From positions 40,859-104,858 of IMG/VR virus record IMGVR_UViG_3300037189_014399: DNA of 64,000 nt. One strand, given 5' to 3'. The position numbers and the translations under genes were made by a program. The notes beneath the pieces were generated by a model, which was not told the DNA's origin, searched no databases, and saw only the letters and a program-made list of their open reading frames with translations. Positions 27,853-37,100 of this stretch are shown piece by piece (positions within the stretch are counted from its first letter, which is position 1; every line of letters starts with the position of its first letter). Source of the stretch: a virus.

Positions 27853-30279
27853 TTAGCACGCTCCACCAGAACCATATGAGCCCTGACAACAGCTTGTACA
27901 GGTACATGGGTTAGATGGGTTTGCATAGTCTGCAGAGGTACATCTATAGTTGCCTGAGGATGCAGGAGTAGAGGTTGGTGCCGGAGTGCTTGTTGCTGGA
28001 GCATAATCTCCCTGGCAGATATTAGGGCAAGAGCCAGGAGTAATACACCAAGTACCGTTTCCATAAGTTCCGCAAGCCCCACCGTAGCTAACGCATGTTG
28101 AGCATGAGGTGGCTGTAGGGGCAGGAGTAGATGTTGCAGTAGGAGTAGGAGTTGGATTACATGCTGGGCAGTTAGTGTAATTATAATCCGCACAACCTGA
28201 AGCTGTTCTACAAATAATATAAGTATTACCGCAAGCATCTCCGCAAGACATTGTTTCGTAAGCTGGGTGTGATCCCCATCCTACGCAAGCACTGCAATTT
28301 GTGGTAGAAGTAGGTGTAGGAGTAGAAGTAGAAGTCGCTGTGGGTGTGGGGGTAGGTGTAGGCGTTGATGATAAACAATACTGGAACTGTCCAGAAGTAC
28401 ATACATATGTTAACCCTAAGTCACTACATGTATTAGTTGTTGATCGTGTAGAGGTGTAAGATCTTCCATCATTTGGAGGACATGCAGAAGTAGGAGTAGG
28501 TGTAGAAGTAGTTGTAGTAGTTGGTGTAGGTGTAGGTGTAGATTGTGGTCCGCAGTTTGCAACAGGACCTGAAGTATTAAACCCGAATACATAACCAGAG
28601 CCGCCACAGTCAGCGTTAGCTACTTGTCGTCCAGTTGTATTGTAGCTGTTATAAGCCCCGTCACTATATTGACCTGGGTTACCACAGCAGTAATAGTAAG
28701 TAGTTGTAGGAGCAGGAGTAGATGTAGCTGTAGGAGTAGGAGTAGGTGTAGAAGTAGTTGTAGAAGTAGCCGTTGGTGTAGGTGTTGGAGTAGAGCCTGA
28801 ACAGTTCTTACTCTGACATGATGGGTATCCAGATGTACTGTATGAAAGCGATGAGTAGCTACCGCAGTTTCCTACAAACGTTGCTACCATCTCGTTATAG
28901 GTGTTTCCTGAGAACTGGGCGCAGTATCCATCGCAACAAGCAGTTCCGTAATAGGTTGTTCCACCAGAAGTTGGAGTAGGTGTAGCAGTAGCAGTAGCCG
29001 TTGGAGTAGGAGTAGGGGTAGAAGTAGTACATGTGTACGGGTTACTGTATCCCTGAGTACACGTAGTTGAGTAACCAGTTCCTGATCCAGATTGGTTTGC
29101 AGAATATGGACCAGATAATGAACAACCAACAGGTGTTGACTGAACATAAGTAATGCAGTAGTACCCATAGGTTGAAGTAGCTGTAGGAGTAGGAGTAGGT
29201 GTAGGAGTTACCGCTCCTGGACAGTTACCTGGGTAACCTGAAGTTAATACGTTATAGCCTAATGAAGGACAGTAGGTGTAAGCCGAAGTAGCTGTAGGAG
29301 TAGGAGTAGGGGTAGGCGTTGAAGTACAAGTACCGTTAACTTGATACTGTGCGTAATAACTTGGACTATATGTACCGCCACTAAATGTAGTTTGACCACA
29401 TACCCAAGAGCTAATAGATGTTGATCCTGAAATACTGCTGTAAGCTTCTGCGCAGTATGCACTTGCGCTGCTGTAACCAAACAAAGTAACATCAATGCCG
29501 TCGTATCCATTTGACCCTGAAGACGTACAATACCCATAGGATACGTATATAGATCCTGTTGTAGGTGTGGGTGTGGGGGTAGGTGTTGGCGTAGATGTGC
29601 CTGATGATGCGGTGGTAAAAGATGTAGGTGCGCTACCGCATGCTGTTCCATTTAAGTAGCCAATAAGCGTTGCAGTGTAATTAGTTGCTGCACTTAATCC
29701 TGAAACAAGGATAGGCAAAGAAGAGCCAGTAGCAACGATACTTCCACCAATACTTACAGCAACTGAAGTATAAGCCTGAGTATTTCCAGTTATATAGGCA
29801 GCGTTTGTCGTCCAAGCCTGGCCTGCTCCGGCACCGTAAGCAGTTGCAGAGCTAATACATGAACCACCAGTTGTAGGTGTGGGGGTAGGAGTAGATGTAG
29901 CAGTTGGAGTAGGTGTAGGAGTAGGGGTAACTGTCGGAGCAATATAATTATAATAAGTAAGATCAACTACCTGTGCAGATAGGTAGTATCCAGAGGCTAC
30001 GCTCTGAGTAATGATCTGTTGATTATTTCCTGAAGTTGCTCCGGATGTAACTGCTGTAGAAGTCCCTACAGTATTTCCTGAAGAGGTAATTGCTGTAGTT
30101 GCAGCAGATAAAGTAGATCCGACTACGTTAGGTACTGTAACCGGAGGAACAAGAACTTGTCTCCATACAGTGTTATTTTTTGCATAGCCGTAGGTAACGC
30201 TACGCCAAGTACCATTTACTTTGACGTATGCCCTGTAGAGTGTTCTCCAGGTACCATTGATGCGTACATTACCGGCCAT
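27853..30279 (-). CDS. Thr-Pro repeat / Cys-rich mucin-like virion appendage protein with PASTA-like domain
   Basis: N-terminal (V.GTWR) repeats, VPNVVG PASTA-like domain, about ten (TP)n linkers separating small Cys-rich modules. Confidence 0.8.
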   Translation of the reverse strand: MAGNVRINGTWRTLYRAYVKVNGTWRSVTYGYAKNNTVWRQVLVPPVTVPNVVGSTLSAATTAITSSGNTVGTSTAVTSGATSGNNQQIITQSVASGYYLSAQVVDLTYYNYIAPTVTPTPTPTPTATSTPTPTPTTGGSCISSATAYGAGAGQAWTTNAAYITGNTQAYTSVAVSIGGSIVATGSSLPILVSGLSAATNYTATLIGYLNGTACGSAPTSFTTASSGTSTPTPTPTPTPTTGSIYVSYGYCTSSGSNGYDGIDVTLFGYSSASAYCAEAYSSISGSTSISSWVCGQTTFSGGTYSPSYYAQYQVNGTCTSTPTPTPTPTATSAYTYCPSLGYNVLTSGYPGNCPGAVTPTPTPTPTATSTYGYYCITYVQSTPVGCSLSGPYSANQSGSGTGYSTTCTQGYSNPYTCTTSTPTPTPTATATATPTPTSGGTTYYGTACCDGYCAQFSGNTYNEMVATFVGNCGSYSSLSYSTSGYPSCQSKNCSGSTPTPTPTATSTTTSTPTPTPTATSTPAPTTTYYYCCGNPGQYSDGAYNSYNTTGRQVANADCGGSGYVFGFNTSGPVANCGPQSTPTPTPTTTTTSTPTPTSACPPNDGRSYTSTRSTTNTCSDLGLTYVCTSGQFQYCLSSTPTPTPTPTATSTSTPTPTSTTNCSACVGWGSHPAYETMSCGDACGNTYIICRTASGCADYNYTNCPACNPTPTPTATSTPAPTATSCSTCVSYGGACGTYGNGTWCITPGSCPNICQGDYAPATSTPAPTSTPASSGNYRCTSADYANPSNPCTCTSCCQGSYGSGGAC
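27960..29940. repeat. degenerate 6-nt microsatellite blocks encoding (Thr-Pro)n
   Basis: Recurrent GTAGGA/GTAGGT/GTTGGA units on the + strand. Confidence 0.85.
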
Positions 30280-30295
30280 GCTGTAGGCTCAGTCC

Positions 30296-30526
30296 TTAGA
30301 TGTACTGAAACCAAACGTCTCCGTCGTTTCCACCAGTTGGTCCGCTTGCGGACAAGGTAACGTTACGGACTACGTTAAGCGAGGTTGAGGCTGTTGTTAC
30401 CTGTCCATTAGTTACGTTAACTGCACCAATAGATGATGGGGTAATACCCAAAGCGGTTACATCAAGCTGTGGGGTTCCAAATGCATCCCAAGTTCCAGTA
30501 GAGGAATTCCATTTTCTAATTGCCAT
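30296..30526 (-). CDS. small fibre-associated protein
   Basis: Ends PTGGNDGDVWFQY, a common tail-fibre motif. Confidence 0.65.
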   Translation of the reverse strand: MAIRKWNSSTGTWDAFGTPQLDVTALGITPSSIGAVNVTNGQVTTASTSLNVVRNVTLSASGPTGGNDGDVWFQYI

Positions 30527-31098
30527 TAATTGACTCCATACACTAGTGCAGTACCGGACATAGTTCCGGATGACAAAGATAGGTTTACAGTGCTAATAGC
30601 TGCTGGTGTTTTATAAAGTGCAGCGGTATTAATTATTGATCCGTTGTTTCCTTGAAGAGAAGCAAACTGCCAAGAAGCTGAATCTTGAGTATCTTCCATC
30701 CATAGGATTAATCCATTACTTGTAACGTTTGCTGATAATGGAATCTGGAATAGTGCAGTAGTAACTGAGCTACCACCGATAACTTGTCCGGCATAGTTAG
30801 CTGCTGTATCAGCATTTAGGGTTACAGAAAGAGTTGCGCTAGCAGAGGCAGTGATTCCTCGAATAACAATAGCCACATCTTTATAGATTGAGGGTACCGC
30901 TAGGTTAGCTGCAGATCCTGAAAGAGTTACTGTGCTAAATAGATTCTTACCCGCATTGTTTAATGGGTTTGAATCAATCCAGATATCACCATTGGTTGGG
31001 TTAGTTGGTGCCGCTGTGCCAATAAAAACTCTACTGCTAGGGTTACTATCAGTGAAGTTAATAGGGCTACTTGGCACACCGTTGTTGTTGATTGCCAT
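30526..31098 (-). CDS. fibre-associated structural protein
   Basis: APTNPTNGDIWID motif; beta-sandwich ending GTALVYGV. Confidence 0.65.
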   Translation of the reverse strand: MAINNNGVPSSPINFTDSNPSSRVFIGTAAPTNPTNGDIWIDSNPLNNAGKNLFSTVTLSGSAANLAVPSIYKDVAIVIRGITASASATLSVTLNADTAANYAGQVIGGSSVTTALFQIPLSANVTSNGLILWMEDTQDSASWQFASLQGNNGSIINTAALYKTPAAISTVNLSLSSGTMSGTALVYGVN

Positions 31099-31107
31099 GT
31101 GTTACTC

Positions 31108-31449
31108 CTATGAAAGTTCTGAACCGAATGCTTGGAAAGCTAAACCTGTACTTGATGAATAAACTCCAACAACGTCATTTGTTGCAAGGGTAAGACCTAC
31201 GGTATAGGTAGTAGTTGTATTTGCTGGAATGGTTGTTCCTGATGCAAAGTACTGTTTTGTTGACAGAGTAGCTCCACCCTGACGAATAGCAATGCTGTAA
31301 GTAGCAGCTGAAGAGGTTGTGTTGCAAACTGAGATTGTGGAAAGTACAGCGCCTGTCTTTGGAGAAGCTACAGTGTAGAGGGCCACCTCTGTAGAGGCTG
31401 ATCCACTAGTAGGGTTAGCCTGCCCCAAGATCTTATAAGCTGTTGCCAT
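31108..31449 (-). CDS. small virion structural protein
   Basis: MATAYKILGQ...VCN...IPANTT...FGSE; resembles 38029..38331. Confidence 0.65.
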   Translation of the reverse strand: MATAYKILGQANPTSGSASTEVALYTVASPKTGAVLSTISVCNTTSSAATYSIAIRQGGATLSTKQYFASGTTIPANTTTTYTVGLTLATNDVVGVYSSSTGLAFQAFGSELS

Positions 31450-32527
31450 GTTTCTCCCCTAAATAAAAAGCTAGATTTGATTTTAGACGTTGATCGTTTG
31501 GACTTAATTGTAACGCTTCAGACCCATATTTAATGGCTTTCTCCAAATGATCTGCTTTTTCTTCTCTAGTTTCTACAGACTTATACAAGTTAAAATGAGA
31601 AATTGCAGCATAGTCGTGGGGGAGACTGCCCCAGGCAAACTCCTCACATAGATACTCCAAAGGCTTTTCTGTAATCTTTAGGGCCATTTCCGCTACCTGG
31701 TAGCAGGCAGTGCTCCATCCGGTCTCATAGTAATAACCAGCAAGCTCTACTAAAGCCTCTCTTCTATCGGGGGCTTCGTCGTACGCCTTGCGTAACCACT
31801 CATGACGCTCTTCACCTTCAGATAGCTTTGCTATATATCTCATTGAGGCTGCACGTTCTGGTTTCCATAGTGCTCCTGGCAGAGATAGATGACGTAGGAA
31901 CTCAGCCTTAGCTTCCTCAGCTTTGCCATAGAAGTAAAGTTCTCTGGCATAGTAGAAGGCGTTGCGATCATCGTTTGGATCTTCAACTACAGATTGAGCT
32001 AACAGGGGAAGGTATTGCCCACGGGACTTAGAGTTATCTGGGTAGTGGTGGATCTCAAGATCACACCATTCCTGGGTCTCAGGTATGCGGTCAGATACAA
32101 GGACTTCGTGTACCGGATGCTTCCACCTATAGCCCTTACGAGCATGGATCTTATCTCCGCCGTATTGAAGGCCTGGAGTGCCGTCTTCATTCCAAGACCA
32201 AGTGTACTTGTATCGAACTCTAGTTGCCTCGGTGGATTCCAATTGGGTACGCCAACCAGGTAAGAAAACCTCATCCATATCTAAGGCTACACACATGTCA
32301 ATGTCTGCTGGCAAAGCAGCCAGAGATGCATTACGTGCGTCATCAAAACGCCAAGGATTGATTGTAATAGAGATTGTATTTATGCCAAGCTTATTGGCAA
32401 GCTCTACGGTTCCATCTGTGGAGCCAGTATCGGCTATAAGGAGGTAGTCTGCCTCTTTAGCAGATTCAAACCATCGCTCTACAAACTGTGATTCGTTTTT
32501 AGCAATGGTATATACGGCTATTTTCAT
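31433..32527 (-). CDS. GT2 glycosyltransferase with C-terminal TPR repeats
   Basis: IAVYTIAKNE, DTGSTDGT, RFDDARN, LDMDE (DxD), VHE, followed by TPR helices. Confidence 0.9.
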   Translation of the reverse strand: MKIAVYTIAKNESQFVERWFESAKEADYLLIADTGSTDGTVELANKLGINTISITINPWRFDDARNASLAALPADIDMCVALDMDEVFLPGWRTQLESTEATRVRYKYTWSWNEDGTPGLQYGGDKIHARKGYRWKHPVHEVLVSDRIPETQEWCDLEIHHYPDNSKSRGQYLPLLAQSVVEDPNDDRNAFYYARELYFYGKAEEAKAEFLRHLSLPGALWKPERAASMRYIAKLSEGEERHEWLRKAYDEAPDRREALVELAGYYYETGWSTACYQVAEMALKITEKPLEYLCEEFAWGSLPHDYAAISHFNLYKSVETREEKADHLEKAIKYGSEALQLSPNDQRLKSNLAFYLGEKHGNSL

Positions 32528-32533
32528 AGCCTA

Positions 32534-32539
32534 ATTGTA
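32534..32539 (-). promoter_or_regulatory. -10 box TACAAT, leaderless start of the glycosyltransferase
   Basis: TACAAT is 6 nt before ATG 32527; no SD. Confidence 0.55.
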
Positions 32540-32541
32540 GC

Positions 32542-32964
32542 TTAAGCGATACCCGCTACGTTAACAATAGTCTGCTTGCCGTAGATGGTTGTTCCACCAT
32601 CTGGGCTAAAGAACTGATATACAGAACGAGCATTGGTTGTAACTGTTGGGGCAGATCCACCAGACCAGGTAACACCTGTCCATGAGACTGTATAAGCACC
32701 AGCGTTAGCAATTTCAAGATACCACTCTGATGCGTAGGTTGAAATCATGCCTGTAACGTTCCATGAAAGGGTTGCGTTACCTGAAAGAACAATCTTTTGA
32801 TAGCCGCTTCCAACGCCAGATGAAGAGGTTGTGTTTTGATTGGCTGGAACTAAAGCTACAGTTCCATTAACGCCGGTTGTGTATGCGCCAGCGTATGTTG
32901 TTCCTGCGTTGATGTATGAGGCAGAACTCTTCTGTAGTTGCTCTGGGTATGATGTTAATGCCAT
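32542..32964 (-). CDS. fibre tip/beta-sandwich protein, paralog 3
   Basis: WSGGSAPT...YQFFSPDGGTTIYG. Confidence 0.65.
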   Translation of the reverse strand: MALTSYPEQLQKSSASYINAGTTYAGAYTTGVNGTVALVPANQNTTSSSGVGSGYQKIVLSGNATLSWNVTGMISTYASEWYLEIANAGAYTVSWTGVTWSGGSAPTVTTNARSVYQFFSPDGGTTIYGKQTIVNVAGIA

Positions 32965-33374
32965 TATGCGTACGCTACCGTTCTTCCCTTAATGTTTACG
33001 CCATCTACAGTGTAGAACTCATAGATAGCAAATCCTGTGCTTAAAGTTGGGGCGTTGTAGCTTCCGCCATCAAATACGACAGAGGTTCCTGTAGCGGGAA
33101 GGGCTACTGCAAAGTTAATATTATTGATTGTTCCTGAAGGCTTAAACTCTACAATCCACTTGTAAGCATGTCCAGCAGTTGCGTTTGTTACAAGGTCAAA
33201 CTTTAATGAGATTACAGATCCTGGAGTTAGCACACGAATGTAAGGTGTTGCAATTGGATCTACTGTTTGATCAGAGCTTGGTGATGTAATCGTGCTCTTA
33301 AGCGCATAAGAAGTAGAGTTGTTATAAGCCAATGTAGCCGGCTTGAAGATATCCGGGTAAGTTGTAAAAGGCAC
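32964..33374 (-). CDS. fibre tip/beta-sandwich protein, paralog 2
   Basis: FDGGSYNAPT...YEFYTVDGVNIKG. Confidence 0.65.
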   Translation of the reverse strand: MPFTTYPDIFKPATLAYNNSTSYALKSTITSPSSDQTVDPIATPYIRVLTPGSVISLKFDLVTNATAGHAYKWIVEFKPSGTINNINFAVALPATGTSVVFDGGSYNAPTLSTGFAIYEFYTVDGVNIKGRTVAYA

Positions 33375-33382
33375 GATACTCC

Positions 33383-33826
33383 TTAGGAAGCTAGTGTGAA
33401 GAGAAGCTTGCCATTAATGGTTACACCATCATGGCTAGTGAACATAATTGTGTTCTTGCCGTTTGCTGTAGCAAGAAGTGTAGGTGCAACACCACCGTCC
33501 CATGTGATACCTGAGAAGTTAAATGTGTATGTTGTGCCCTGAGAAACCTCTACGTACCACACTGTTGGGCGGTACATTGTTGCTCCGTATACATCTGTGT
33601 AGGATCCAGGCACCCCAGTAAAGCTAACAGTTGTGTTAGCTACTGGGTTGTATAGCCTGACAAATCCACCGTCTGTTGGGTTAAGAGTTAGGATGTTATT
33701 ACGTAATGCTCCCATAGGAAAGTTTCCTCCGGAGATATTACATACCTGTACCCGAGATGCATGGGCACTGTTGATAAAGATATCTTGGCTTTGACCAAGC
33801 ACCTGGGGTACAGATGTAATAGACAT
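33383..33826 (-). CDS. fibre tip/beta-sandwich protein, paralog 1
   Basis: WDGGVAPT...IMFTSHDGVTING. Confidence 0.65.
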   Translation of the reverse strand: MSITSVPQVLGQSQDIFINSAHASRVQVCNISGGNFPMGALRNNILTLNPTDGGFVRLYNPVANTTVSFTGVPGSYTDVYGATMYRPTVWYVEVSQGTTYTFNFSGITWDGGVAPTLLATANGKNTIMFTSHDGVTINGKLLFTLAS

Positions 33827-34111
33827 TTACTTACTCTTTTCCTTCTTCTTGTCCTCGATAGCTGGGGCTTCTTCCTCAGCTTCGATTACCGCATCGAATC
33901 CAGCACCATTCCAGAGTGAACGAGCAACTCCGGCAATTGTTTCTGGATACCAGATTTCATTTTCAAGAGTCCAGCCTGCTGCTGGACGGACAGCTTGGTG
34001 GGTCACATCTACAGCTGTGTAGAGCTGACCCGCTTCACCAAGGTCTGCCACTGAGTCGGCAACAAGGACATTTACGACCTTGTTACCGTCTAGTAGTGCG
34101 TAATACGCCAT
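33827..34111 (-). CDS. putative fibre assembly chaperone
   Basis: MAYYALLDGNKVVNVLVAD...GW pattern common downstream of Gly-rich fibre genes. Confidence 0.6.
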   Translation of the reverse strand: MAYYALLDGNKVVNVLVADSVADLGEAGQLYTAVDVTHQAVRPAAGWTLENEIWYPETIAGVARSLWNGAGFDAVIEAEEEAPAIEDKKKEKSK

Positions 34112-34126
34112 CAGTTATACTCCTTA

Positions 34127-37100
34127 TTAGAATGTGGTCTTATCGAACCAACGGATGATTGCTACACCGTCAGATCCGTTTCCACCGTTTGAGTTGTAAC
34201 CAAGGTATGTTAGACCTGAGATATCAACGTCAACAATGTCACCAGAATCTAGGTAGTCAAACTCCCATGTTACATCGAAGAGGTAAGCATTTGCTGGAGC
34301 TGGCTGTGTTGTCCAACCACCTGACTGTGTGTAAACGATTGCGTTTGAAGCGTTTACAGAACCAAGGTAGTTAACTGTGTTGAGTGCTGTGAACACGATG
34401 TCGTAGATAGGACGGTCTTCACGAATGATTACGTTGTTCTGATCCTTCCAACGGATTGTTGGACGAGCACGCTTTGTAGTTCCAGCAAATGCTGGGCTAG
34501 AGATTGAGCTTGTTGGAGATGATGTCAAACGAGCTGCAAGTGCAGGAAGCGTAATGATTGTACGTGGCAAGATCTGGAATGTCTGAGACAGTGTTACGAT
34601 CTTGACGTTACCGTCATCTTGTGCTGTTACACGTAGGCCGTTTGTACCAAAGATACCAGCAGATGCAGAAGCCTGAATATCTGTTGCGTTGTATAGAGGC
34701 ATCCACTTGTAGAATTCAGCAGATGTTGCTTCGTATGCAACTGCAGCGTTAGCAGGGAAGTGCATGATTGGTAGATCAGGGTTGTTACCAAAGTTGGTAG
34801 AACCACCGCCACCACCGGAACCTGTGTTAGGGATTGCATCGATACCACGTGCGAAGTAGTTACCTGAAGATGAACCCCATGCAGTCTGGAGTGTGCCCTG
34901 TGAAAGATCAACGATGACGTTACCGCCACCCTTACCTCCACCAGCAGTTCCACGACCTGGAGCCATGTATGGGTTGAACTGGTAACCAGCTGCTGAAGTA
35001 CCAACACCACCAGATGTCCATGTTACCCAACCTGCACCACCGCCACCTGCACCAAGTGCAAGTCCAAGTGATGATCCGCTGTTTAGACCTGAGACAACTG
35101 TTCCCTGACCACCATCACCGGCGATGCCTGGGATAGCTGAACGGCCGTTAGAAGATGTGTTCATGATTGCGTAACCACCAGCGTTACCACGACCTGGGAA
35201 TGCAGGCTGTGAGAATGCTGCGGTTGTCTGCCAACCAGCAACAGGAATTGGGTTAGTTGTAGATGTAACTGCCTGTAGGTAGCTCTGTGCGTTCTGACCA
35301 GGAGTCAAAGAACCAGCACCACCACCAGCGACTGCAAGAGCACCAGCTGTAGAGTTGTATGCAGCGTGACCACCGTTGTGTGCACCCTGGATACCAAACA
35401 TCCAGTAAAGGTTGTTGGTGTTGTAGGTACCACCACCGCCACCGCCTTCTGCGGCAACTGTCCAGCTTGAGATCAACTGTGATGCACCTGTCTGGCCTGA
35501 CCAGAAGTAGGTTACGTTATCTGCCTTCTTAGGGAAGGTAGCAGCTGATGCAAGTTCAAGCTGTGGAGCGATCAAGTTGTACTGTACCTGAGTACCTGTA
35601 CCGACTGCGCCACGGTATACAGAGAAACCAACACGAGCGTATACAGCGTTTGCTGTAGCCACTGCACCGGCACCTGTACCAACTGGTGTTGAGGCAAGAG
35701 GAGCCACTGCACCGTTAACACCAATACGTGCACCGTAGTTTGTAGCTGGCATAACAGCAGCAACTGCTGAGTAACCATTGAAACCAAGGAACATGTTTGG
35801 ACCAACAGAGCGTGAGATTGGCTGGTAGTCAGCATCAAGCCACTCAATGAAGCCTGTGATTGGCCAGTACTGGTTAGCAGTACCTGAACCAAAGGCGTAC
35901 ATAGAAGCTGAGTATGTCTGACCGGCAGTTACACGAACTGGGCGGTGTGCAACTTCGAGGTTACCGTTTGAGTTGGTTGATGATGAAAGAACCAAAGAGG
36001 TACCGAAGTTATAGACAGGAGGCTGCCATGTTGTAGGTGTTGAGCCTAGTTCAAGCTGAAGGTTATCAACAAGCAAGCTTGAGATGCTTGGCTGCTGAAC
36101 GATCAATGTTGGGTACATGAATAGCGGAGATGTACCGTATGCATATGTACCTGTTGCCTGAGCTGCGGCAAGACCTGGCATTGTGAATGTTGCTGATACA
36201 CGAACCCAACGGTTTGTAAGAACCTGCTGACCAGATGGTGTACCGAATGTGATCGATACAGGACCAGTGATAGCCTGAGTTGAGTTGGCGCTCAATGTAA
36301 CTGTTGTACCGTTAATCGCTGTAATGTAGTTTGTAGTAGCCAAACCAGTTGGAGCAGATGTGATGTACATACCTGTAGTCAAACCAGTTGCGCTCGCTAC
36401 TGTGAACTGGTTTACACCAGATCCGTAGCTACCAGTAATGGTTGTCGCAGTTGATGCACCGTAACCTGAGATAGGTGTAGGTGTTGCCTGACGTACGAAG
36501 AAGCCGTTAGCTGTACCACCAGCAGCATCGATTGATGATGTTGAAAGTGTTACAGGTGTACCACCAAGGTAGTTCTGGTTAACAGCAGCACCGTAAGTTG
36601 AGCCAGCAGAACGAAGCTGGAACAAGAATGGTGTAGAACCTGAGTTGATTACTGTGTTAGTCCATACATAAGCTGACAATGTGTATGTCTGGCCTGGGAT
36701 GAATGGAACACCAGCATAACCGGTCTGTGACTGTGTTGCAGAACCTACAGCTGTGGCGGTCTGAGTTGAGAAGATAACCCATGACGGAGTACCAGATGTA
36801 GTTGATGTACCAGTTGAAAGTGAAAGTGAGTTAAGACCCACAGTACCTGTGTATGAAGCAGTTACTGACTGAGCAGCAATTGTTGCGTTCAACGCCTGGT
36901 TCAAGTAAACAGTTGTTCCTGAGATGCTTGTGATAAATGTACCGGTTGGGAAACCTGTACCAATCAAGAACATGTTAGGGATCAAACCTGTTGTGCTTGC
37001 AAGGGTTGCAAAGAAGTTACCTGAAGTACCGGTAGCAGTAGTTGTAAGAACACCACCAACCATTTCAGGAAGCTTAGTTGCAGAACCAACGTTTGCAATT

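Noticed and set aside
27960-29940. Repeat/unique alternation resembling a CRISPR array
   Set aside because: Repeats are degenerate at third codon positions, vary in length and encode Thr-Pro in frame; no cas genes are present.
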